A DNA stretch of 64,000 nucleotides from Callorhinchus milii (taxonomy: Eukaryota), in contig NW_024704743.1 of the NCBI RefSeq assembly GCF_018977255.1, positions 3,100,001 through 3,164,000 on the forward strand. The letters are read 5' to 3'. The translations under genes were made by a program, and so were the position numbers. This document shows positions 51,401 through 62,200 of the stretch, one piece after another (positions within the stretch are counted from its first letter, which is position 1; each line of letters opens with the position of its first letter). The notes beneath the pieces were generated by a model. That model saw only the letters and a list, made by a program, of their open reading frames with translations, did no database searches and was not told the DNA's origin.

Positions 51401-54400
51401 AGAACAGATGACTCATTTTTACAGAAGGTACGATCTCACACGGCTACCGTATTATAGCAAACTTTTTTCCCCCTTTCCCCGCCCCCCCCGTCTCCACGGT
51501 TGTTAACTCATTCTCCAAGTGTTGAGTTGGTTGGGAGGTTCCAGCAGTTGGTGTTCATTCCAAACTACAGCTTATTCTCGCGGTCCCATTTCTAGGCTTC
51601 TTCTGTCCCATTAACACAGGCACAGAATTGCACAGCAGCTCCAACATCTGGGTCAGTTAAATCTGGGCGCTCACTTCCAACCAGCTCGCCCTGCCGCAAT
51701 ACCCACACACTCCTCACTCACTCCCTGAAGCCCAGGCGTTGTGCACATAAGCATCCGGCAGTCCACAGCAAAGGCAACGTCCAGCCTTCACGCCGTGACA
51801 CACGATGAACCGGATCAGGCGCTCAATCCAACTGCCTTCAATGGGAAAGGCGAGGGCTGCACAACCCCGTCCACAGCGCGCACACGGGGAGGGGTATATC
51901 ACAGCGCGCACACGGGGAGGGGTATATCACAGCGCACACGGGGAGGGGTATATCACAGCGCGCACACGGGGAGGGGTATATCACAGCGCGCACGGGGAGG
52001 GGTATATCACAGCGCGCACGGGGAGGGGTATATCACAGCGCGCACACGGGGAGGGGTATATCACAGCACACACGGGGAGGGGTATATCACAGCGCGCACA
52101 CGGGGAGGGGTATATCACAGCGCGTACACGGGGAGGGGTATATCACAGCGCGTACACGGGGAGGGTATATCACAGCGCACACGGGGAGGGGTATATCACA
52201 GTGCGCACACGGGGAGGGGTATATCACAGCGTGTACACGGGGAGGGGTATATCACAGCGCGCACACGGGGAGGGGTATATCACAGCGCGCACACGGGGAG
52301 GGGTATATCACAGCGCGCACACGGGGAGGGGTATATCACAGCGCGCACACGGGGAGGGGTATATCACAGCGCGCACACGGGGAGGGGTATATCACAGCGC
52401 GCACACGGGGAGGGGTATATCACAGCGCGCACACGGGGAAGGGTATATCACAGCGCGCACACGGGGAAGGGTATATCACAGCGCGCACACGGGGAAGGGT
52501 ATATCACAGTGTGTACACGGGGAGGGGTATATCACAGTGTGTACACGGGGAGGGGTATATCACAGCACACACACGGGGAGGGGTATATCACAGCACACAC
52601 ACGGGGAAGGGTATATCACAGCGCGCACACGGGGAAGGGTATATCACAGCGCGCACACGGGGAAGGGTATATCACAGCGCGCACACGGGGAAGGGGAAAT
52701 CACAGTGCGCACACGGGGAGGGGTATATCACAGTGCGTACACGGGGAGGGGTATATCACAGTGTGTACACGGGGAGGGGTATATCACAGTGTGTACACGG
52801 GGAGGGGTATATCACAGTGCGCACACGGGGAGGGGTATATCACAGTGCACACACGGGGAGGGGTATATCACAGTGCGCACACGGGGAGGGGTATATCACA
52901 GTGCGCACACGGGGAGAGGTATATCACAGTGCGCACACGGGGAGGAGTATATCACAGCGCGCACACGGGGAGGGGTATATCACAGCGCGCACACGGGGAA
53001 GGGTATATCACAGCGCGCACACGGGGAAGGGTATATCACAGCGCGCACACGGGGAAGGGTATATCACAGTGTGTACACGGGGAGAGGTATATCACAGTGT
53101 GTACACGGGGAGGGGTATATCACAGCACACACACGGGGAGGGGTATATCACAGCACACATGGGGAGGGGTATATCACAGCACACACACGGGGAGGGGTAT
53201 ATCACAGCACACACACGGGGAAGGGTATATCACAGCGCGCACACGGGGAAGGGTATATCACAGCGCGCACACGGGGAAGGGTATATCACAGTGCGCACAC
53301 GGGGAGGGGTATATCACAGTGTGTACACGGGGAGGGGTATATCACAGTGTGTACACGGGGAGGGGTATATCACAGTGTGTACACGGGGAGGGGTATATCA
53401 CAGCACACACACGGGGAGGGGTATATCACAGCACACACGGGGAGGGGTATATCACAGCACACACGGGGAGGGGTATATCACAGCACACACACGGGGAGGG
53501 GTATATCACAGTGTGTACACGGGGAGGGGTATATCACAGCACACACGGGGAGGGGTATATCACAGCGCACACGGGGAGGGGTATATCACAGCGCACACGG
53601 GGAGGGGTACATCACAGTGTGTACACGGGGAGGGGTATATCACAGCACACACACGGGGAGGGGTATATCACAGCACACACACGGGGAGGGGTATATCACA
53701 GTGTGTACACGGGGAGGGGTATATCACAGCGTGTACACGGGGAGGGGTATATCACAGCACACACACGGGGAGGGGTATATCACAGCGCACACGGGGAGGG
53801 GTACATCACAGTGTGTACACGGGGAGGGGTACATCACAGCGTGTACACGGGGAGGGGTATATCACAGCGTGTACACGGGGAGGGGTATATCACAGCGCAC
53901 ACGGGGAGGGGTATATCACAGCGCACACGGGGAGGGGTACATCACAGTGTGTACACGGGGAGGGGTACATCACAGTGTGTACACGGGGAGGGGTACATCA
54001 CAGTGTGTACACGGGGAGGGGTACATCACAGAGTGTACACGGGGAGGGGTACATCACAGCGTGTACACGGGGAGGGGTATATCACAGCGTGTACACGGGG
54101 AGGGGTATATCACAGCGTGTACACGGGGAGGGGTATATCACAGCATGTACACGGGGAGGGGTATATCACAGCATGTACATGGGGAGGGGTATATCAAAGC
54201 ACACACACGGGGAGGGGTATATCACAGCGTGTACACGGAGAGGGGTATATTACAGCGCGCACACGGGGAGGTGTATATCACAGCGCGCACACGGGGAGGG
54301 GTATATCACAGCGCGCACACGGGGAGGGGTATATCACAGCGCGCACACGGGGAGGGGTATATCACAGCGCGCACACGGGGAGGGGTATATCACAGCGTGT

Positions 54401-55497
54401 ACACGGGGAGGGGTATATCACAGCGTGTACACGGGGAGGGGTATATCACAGCGTGTACACGGGGAGGGGTATATCACAGCGTGTACACGGGGAGGGGTAT
54501 ATCACAGCGTGTACACGGGGAGGGGTATATCACAGCACACACGGGGAGGGGTATATCACAGCACACACGGGGAGGGGTATATCACAGCGTGTACACGGGG
54601 AGGGGTATATCACAGCGTGTACAACGGGGAGGGGTATATCACAGCACACACGGGGATATCACAGCACACACGGGGAGGGGTATATCACAGCACACACGGG
54701 GAGGGGTATATCACAGCACACACGGGAGGGTATATCACAGCACACACGGGAGGGGTATATCACAGCACACACGGGGAGGGGTATATCACAGCGTGTACAC
54801 GGGGAGGGGTATATCACAGCGTGTACACGGGGAGGGGTATATCACAGCACACACGGGGAGGGGTATATCACAGTGTGTACACGGGGAGGGTATATCACAG
54901 CACACACGGGGAGGGGTATATCACAGCTTGTACACGGGGAGGGGTATATCACAGTGTGTACACGGGGAGGGTATATCACAGCACACACGGGGAGGGGTAT
55001 ATCACAGTGTGTACACGGGGAGGGTATATCACAGCACACACGGGGAGGGGTATATCACAGCGTGTACACGGGGAGGTGTATATCACAGCACACACGGGGA
55101 GGGGTATATCACAGTGTGTACACGGGGAGGGGTATATCACAGTGTGTACACGGGGAGGGGTATATCACAGCACACACACGGGGAGGTGTATATCACAGCA
55201 CAGGGAGGGGTATATCACAGTGTGTCACGGGGAGGGGTATATCACAGGACACGGGGAGGGGTATATCACAGCGCGCAACGGGAGGGGTATATCACAGCGT
55301 GTACACGGGGAGGGGTATATCACAGCACACACGGGGAGGGGTATATCGCAGTGTACATGGTGGTGGGGGGGGGCACGGGGGCAGTACCTGAGCCAGGCCG
55401 CCTGGCTGCCCTCCTCTGGCTTCCGCTCCTCCCGCCTCAGGCTGGGGCTCCTCGCCACCTTCGGAGCCGCCGCTCGCCTCTTGGCTGAGCCGCTCAT
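36400..55497 (-). CDS. DGAT1: Diacylglycerol O-acyltransferase 1, 5' part only; complement(join(<36400..36440,44788..44875,55388..55497))
   Basis: MSGSAKRR...[46 protein letters not shown](K) matches the DGAT1 N-terminus. Exon sizes 88 and 41 nt match mammalian DGAT1 exons 2 and 3 as I recall them. Later exons are not found in the window. Confidence 0.9.
44788..44875 (-). CDS. DGAT1: DGAT1 exon 2 ([29 protein letters not shown])
   Basis: 88 nt; GT-AG. Confidence 0.93.
51872..55360 (+). repeat. 26-28 bp minisatellite (ACAGCGCGCACACGGGGAGGGGTATATC), about 125 copies, at the start of DGAT1 intron 1
   Basis: Direct reading; the 28-aa period in all three + frames equals 3 x 28 nt. Confidence 0.97.
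55388..55497 (-). CDS. DGAT1: DGAT1 exon 1
   Basis: ATG 55497 in a CpG island; donor AG|gtactg; phase 2 matches exon 2. Confidence 0.8.
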
Positions 55498-55709
55498 GTC
55501 TTCTCCTCACCCTCTGGCCCGTGGGTGGGTGTGAGAGAGGGGGAACGATAACCGGCTCCGAAGAGCCCCTCTTCAGCGTCTTCGAGTCACTTCGAGTCTG
55601 AACCGAGTCTATCGGCAGCGTCTCTCCCGCGCGAGTCGTCGTCGCCGCCGCCGTTCTCCGCGAGGCGCTTTAACGGTTGGTTGGCTCTCGCGCTGCCCGC
55701 CCTCATCCC

Positions 55710-56005
55710 GCGCTCCCCTCACTGCGCGCGCACCCTCTACCACCGCTCCCCTCACTGCGCGCGCAGCCTCTACCCCACCCCCCGCCACCCCCGCGCTCCC
55801 CTCACTGCGCGCGCACCCTCTACCTCCGCTCCCCTCACTGCGCGCGCAGCCTCCACCCTCCCCCACTACCCGCCCGCGCTCCCCTCACTGCGCGCGCAGC
55901 CCCGATCCCAGCGTTTCCCCTCACTGCGCGCGCAGCATCTACCCCCGGGCTCCCCTCACTGCGCGCGCAGCCTCGACTTCCGGACACCCCTCGCTGCGCG
56001 CGCAG
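55710..56005 (+). repeat. About 8 spaced copies of CTCCCCTCACTGCGCGCGCA in the DGAT1 promoter
   Basis: Direct reading; CpG-island context upstream of DGAT1 exon 1. Confidence 0.85.
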
Positions 56006-58769
56006 CCGCTATCTTGCTTTGTGGGTGGGGCTGTGCAAGTGCAAGTTGTTTTTGTTGTTGAGAATTTTCGGCTGTCGCCCGGGCATAAAATCGGGCATTT
56101 GCCTTGCGGCTGTTTGTGGGCCCCCTCTTAATAATCCTCGCATTTGATATAATAATAATAATAATAATAATCCTCGCATTTGATATAGCGCTTTTCACGT
56201 CGGGAGAGGACGTCCCAAAGCGCTTCACAGAACACACTGTAGAGTGAATTGACTGTATGTTTGTGGGCGAACGCGGCAGCCAATTGCGCACAGCAATGTC
56301 CCACACACAAACAGGCGTGGGTTGAAAATGACCAATTTATTATCGTTTTGTTTTGGAGGGATTATTATAAGGACCCATTGCTTCGCTATCACTTTTTCAC
56401 TTTTTCTCTTTGACCGAGCCTTCAGCTCCCCTCTCGACTCTCTTCCCCCTCCTCGCTCCCTCCCTTCTCTCCCCTCACCCTGACCATTTCCCCCCTGCTC
56501 GGGTCATGACCCAACTGTGCAGCGCCTTGGGACGTCCTCCTGACGTGAAAGGCGCTTTATAAATGGAATCTTGTTGTTGTTGTTGTGGTATCACCACTTC
56601 CTTGAATCAGAGATTGCTAAGCCACAAGACTTTGAGAGATTTACATTTCCTGATCCAAAAGCTGCACGTACATTAGCTTCTGCTCGATCAGTCAGTCTTT
56701 CTTTACCTTTCTAAGAAAGATGCCACCTTTGTATCTTCTTAAATTGTTAATACTATTCGTAAATGAAGCCTGTCTGTCTGGTAACTGTCAGGTGGAGATA
56801 CAGAGCTCTGAGACGTTATCTTACACAAAGGGCGTTTCATATATATTGTAAGTCATGCATGTTACGCTTGTTAATCTCGAGGGAATAATAGTCCAGAATT
56901 AGACTGAGGTGGAGCAGTATTCCCATCAGTTACCGTCACAGATTTCCGAATTCTTAATTAAGAAATCTGTTCAGAAATACCGCAAAACTGACCTCAAAAA
57001 TAGAATTGTAACTGCTACAAGTGTACACCGTGTAAACATTGATTAGCTGCTGAACTATATTAAAGCTTGTGGCAGGATATGGAGCATGATGCTTTGGGGG
57101 GGGGGGGGGGGAATGGGCAATCCCATCCCTTGTGTTTGTGCAGGACTTGGAAAACAGGCATTCATACTTTGTGTGAGTCTCTGTTTGGATCCATGCTCAT
57201 CCAATCAATCTAGAATAAAATATAATAATCCTTGCATTTGATACAGCATGTTACCACATCCTTGAGACATCTCAAAGCCCTTCTCTGATTATACTCTTGC
57301 TGCGGCTCAGTGGCAAGAGCGCTCGTCCAGGCAAACCAAAGGACCCGGGTTCGTTTCCCGGACTGGGCAAGAAACGAGGGTTTCCTTCCGCCACGCACCT
57401 CGCTGGTCTTCCCTCGCTCCCCCCCGTACACAAAATACAACTAAATCAGAACTGCATCCCCTCCTCACCCGCACAAAACTCCATCACCCCCATCGCAGCG
57501 GTCCTCGCCGGGCTCCGCTGGTTCCAACAACAACAACAACAACAAGATTACATTTGTATCACGCCTTTCACGTCGGGAGTGCGTCACGAGGCGCTGGACA
57601 GTGCCTTTCAGACACCGAACAGTGTACAGAATTTTCCAATCACCGAATGGATCGGTTTCACGATACTCTCAGTCGTTTTCATATCATTTCATGCCCTCGC
57701 ACCTCCCCACCTCTCCGATTTGCTTGCTCCTCTCTCCGCTGCCTCCGCTTGGCTGCCTCCACCCACCGCCTCTTCGTCCCTCAGCTCCTCTGCTCCACCA
57801 TCGGCGGTTGCGCCTTCAGTCACTACGCCCCGAAACTTTGGAACTCTTTCCATCAATCCCTCCCTCTGCACTTTCAAATCACGCCTAAAGACTTTCCCTT
57901 TTGATCGTGATTACGGTCACCTCCCCCTTCCCTCTCCCCCGCCCCCCGGCTCGGGATCAGGCTCCGTCACTGTCAAGCGCTAACCCACGTGAAGGGCGCT
58001 ATAATGTATAAATATATATATATATAAATGCAACTTGTTGTTTGTCTCGCAGTAAGTAGGAACCCGGTTGTCAATCCACCGATTGGTGGATCGCTTTTCT
58101 GGGGGTAATAATCCCTCCTGAAAAAAAGAAATAATAATAATTTGGTCGCTCAGTCCACGACTGTTTGTGGCACGTCGCTGCATGCAATTGGCTGCCGCAT
58201 TTTCGCCCACAAAATACGACGACAACAACAGCAACGCGGATTTATACCGCGCCCTCCGCGCCGGACGGCGTCTCAGAGAGCGCTTCACAGTCACGGATCC
58301 CGGGGTCGAGCCGGGGGGTGGGGCGGGGGGTGGTGGGGGGGGGGTGGGGGAAGGTGACCAAAGGTGCGGTCGAAAATAATAATAATAATAATAATAATCC
58401 TTGCATTTGATATAGCGCTTTTCACGTCGGGAGAGGACGTCCCAAAGCGCTTCACAGAACACACTGTAAAGTGAATTGACTGTATATTTGTGGGCGAACG
58501 GAAAGAAAGGTCTTCAGCAGAGACCTGAAAATAGGAAGGGAGGGAGTGAGACGAAGGGAGTGAGGAAGGCAGTTCCAGAGCCTCGGGGCATAGTGGCTGA
58601 AGGCGCGGCCGCCGAGGGTGGAGCGGAGGGCTCGGGGGACCAGGAGGAGGCCAGACCCCGGGGGGTCACTGCACTTTACAGTCTGTCCCGTGAAGTGCTT
58701 TGAGAAGCCGCGAAGACGGGATAAGGCGTTGTATCAAATCATCATTGTTATTATTTCAGTGTCATCCCG

Positions 58770-59164
58770 ACCAAGGACTACAACCCCCAGAATGCTTGTC
58801 GCGCGCGCATGCTCCCTGCCTCGGGGCGAGAGGCGGGATGCGGACGATGCATTCCGACCCAATCCGGAGAGGAGCGCCAATGATCGACATCGTTCTAAAC
58901 CAATGAAAAGCGGATCCCGCCTCCCACAGGCCACCCCCCCCCCCCGCCAGTTGATTGACGTGAGTCCTGAGCAATCGGAACGAGACCCTGGTGGGTTGAC
59001 GTTGGATGGAACCAATCGAAATTCGAGACTGTGGCCACGCCCGGCGTTCTGTGGACCAATCAGAGTGGGAGGCGGGTCGCTCGCAGCCGCAGCCGCCGTT
59101 CGGGACGCGCGGGGCTTCAGTTGTCGCTCGTCTCTGACGGTGAAGTAAGTGACGGGCGGCGTCC
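58770..59164 (+). promoter_or_regulatory. TBC1D20-like CpG-island promoter and 5' UTR
   Basis: Canonical ZNF143 motif ACTACAACCCCCAGAATGC (58777-58795), NRF1-like GCGCGCGCATGC, five CCAAT boxes, TGACGTGA and a GC box. Confidence 0.7.
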
Positions 59165-59249
59165 ATGAGCGGGAGGAGAGGCCGGAGATCGAGTGCCGGT
59201 CATCATGGAGCCGCCGCCGCCGCTCTCCGTGATGGCAAAGCGGCCACAG
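59165..59249 (+). CDS. TBC1D20: TBC1D20-like exon 1 (MSGRRGRRSSAGHHGAAAAALRDGKAAT)
   Basis: 85 nt; donor G|gtatgg; phase matches exon 2. Confidence 0.75.
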
Positions 59250-62200
59250 GTATGGCTCCTTAAAGGGGAGGTTCAGGGGTGTTAAAGGGAAAGTCGTTCA
59301 GAGATTTAAAGGGGAGGTTCGGGGGTTTAAAGGGGAGGTTCGGGGTTTAAAGGGGAGGTTCGGGGTTTAAAGGAGGAGGTTCGGGGTTTAAAGGGGAGGT
59401 TCGGGGTTTAAAGGGGAGGTTCTGGGTTTAAAGGGGAGGTTCGGGGGTTTAAAGGGGGAGGTTCGGGGTTTAAGGGGGAGGTTCGGGGTTTAAAGGGGAG
59501 GTTCGGGGTCTAAAGGGGAGGTTCGGGGTTTAAAGGGGAGGTTCGGGGTTTAAAGGGGAGGTTCGGGGGTTTTAAAGGGGGAGGTTCGGGGTTTAAAGGG
59601 GAGGTTCTGGGTTTAAAGGGGAGGTTCGGGGGTTTAAAGGGGAGGTTCGGGGGTTTAAAGGGGAGGTTCGGGGTTTAAAGGGGAGGTTCGGGGTTTAAAG
59701 GGGAGGTTCGGGGTTTAAAGGGGAGGTTCGGGTTTAAAGGGGAGGTTCGGGGGTTTAAAGGGGGAGGTTCGGGGTTTAAAGGGGAGGTTCGGGGGTTTAA
59801 AGGGGAGGTTCGGGGGTTTAAAGAAGGAGGTTTGGGGGTTTAAAAGCGGAGGCTCAGTTATCTAAGCTGTGAACATGCTGCGGTGGTGCCTTTACACACT
59901 TAATAATAATAATAATAATAATAATTATTGCATTTGATGTAGCGGTTTTATCACATTTTGCTGACGTCCCGAAGCGCTTACGCAGAATTACATGGAAGAT
60001 ACAGCACAGAAACAGGCCATTCGGCCCAACTGGTCTACGCTCCACGTGAGCCTCCTCCTGCCCTCCCTCAACTAAACCTACCAGCACAACCTTCTATTCC
60101 TGTCTTCCTCTTGTGGTAGTCATACTAATTAATAAGAGTAATAATAATCCTTGCATTTGGTATAGCGCTTTTCACGTCTTCCAGAGGTACCTATTTCGCT
60201 TCCCCTTAAATGCATCTATGCCATTCGCCTCAACTACCCCTTGTGGCAGCAAGTTCCGCATTCCCACCACTCTCCGGGTAAATAAGTTTCTTCTGACTTC
60301 CCTATTTGATTTATTGCTATTTAATATATATATACACACACACATATATATATATATATTAATGGCCTCTGGTTTTGGTCTCCCCCACAAGTGGAAACAT
60401 CTTCTCCATGTCTACCCCTATCAAAACCTTTCATCATTTCAGAGACCTCTATCAGGTCACCAACTCACTGCTGTCCGCGACTGGCGGCCGCGTTTCACCC
60501 ACAAAATACACAGTCACCTCACTTTACAGTATCTCCTGCGAAGCGCTTTGAGACATCTCAATTGACGGGATAATGCAAGGATTACTATTACTTAATTTAA
60601 ATTCTTTCATCGCAGCCGACTGCAGTTGTGGTTCTTCTCCACCGATGGGGGGCACTCCGCTATTTGTTTTGCTCACATTAATAATCATTGCACTTATTCC
60701 CCCCAAGGTGAAGGGCGCGCCATAAATGTAATTTTGTTGTTGTTCTGCTTTTGTTGTAATTTCCCACCCCCCCCCCTTTTTGCACTATTAACATCTCTTT
60801 TCCCCTGGTTTGTTGCAATTGCCCCCATTGTTTTGCATCATTAACACCTCTTTCACCCATCATCCCCTGTTTACCCCATGTTCTCCGTCCCTTGCCTCCC
60901 CTGTTGTGGACCCGAGACGTTGATTCACTTTCCTTTTTCCATAGGTGCTGCCTGACCTGCTGAGTGTTCCCAGCGACTTCTGCTACTCCACTTATTCATA
61001 GATTGGCTGCCGCTTTTCACTCACAAAATATACTTTACAGTATGTACTGTGAAGCGCTTTGAGACATCTCGATGATGTGATAAGGCACTATATCAAATGC
61101 ACGGATTATTATAATTATTATAAAGTCCCGATGTAAAGTTTGAATCCACAACCTCTTACCTAGAGCTAGAATATCCTCTCTGTTCGAAATGCAGTACAGA
61201 GTATTTACTTGTATTCACTGTGTTTCTATCTCAGTGGATCCTGGGGCCAGAAAGCGCCTGAAGCTGCTGGAAATCCATCGGGCCCTGAACGCTGACCCTG
61301 TGGACGTGGAGGCCTTGCGGAGGGCGGCAGTCAGTGAGGGGGGGTTGCTGACCAACGAGATCCGCAGGAAGGTCTGGCCCAAGCTGCTAAATGTCAATGT
61401 TTACAATCTACCTCCCAAACCAGGTAACATGTGTGTGCGTGTGTGTGCATGTGTCAATGTGTGCATGCAGGCTGTTCCTGTGTGTGTGTGTGTCAGTGTG
61501 TGCATGCACGCTGTCCCAGTGTGTGTGTGTGTCAATGTCTATGTGTGCGTTAGTGTGTGCATGCAGGTTGTATGTGTGGGGGTCAGGAGGAGGAAATTGG
61601 TGGGTGTGTATGCCTGTGTCTATGTGTGCTTCCAGGGAAGCACGTGCATCGATCTGTATGTGTACGGTATGTGTGTTTGTGAGGGGCACGTTTGTGTGTG
61701 AGCGGTGCGTGTAGGTGCGATGGAGGGCTATGTTGGTGAAAGGGCGGTGCGTGTGTGAGGGAGGTGTTTGTGAGGTTATGTGTGTGTAAGGGGTGTGCGC
61801 GCGTGCGAGGTGGTATGTGAAGTGTGTACGTGAGGTTGTGTGCGTGTGTATACGTGTGAGGGAGATGTGTGTATGTGTGTGGGAGATGTGTGTGTAAGGG
61901 AGCTTGAATTTTATAGCAGCTTAATATCAAATGTCTCGAAGCGCTTCAGATTATTATGTCAATAATAATCCCTCCAAAACAAAACAATAATAAGTTGGTC
62001 ATTTTCAATCGACGACTGTTTGTGGGACATTGCTGTGCGCAATTGGCCGCCGCGTTTCGCCCACAAATATACAGTCAAATCACTTTACAGACTATTCTTT
62101 GAAGCGCTTTGAGACGTCGCGACGACGTGAAAAGCACTATATCAAATGCAAGGATTACTATATATTATAAGTGTAGTGATTGTTTTTACGGGCAAATAAG

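Noticed and set aside
51741-55534. Three ORFs of more than 1000 aa
   Set aside because: They result from a stop-free 28-bp repeat open in all three frames, antisense within DGAT1 intron 1.
55710-56005. Repeat-spacer pattern resembling a mini-CRISPR
   Set aside because: The linkers are short, mutually related C-rich sequences, consistent with a degenerate tandem repeat.
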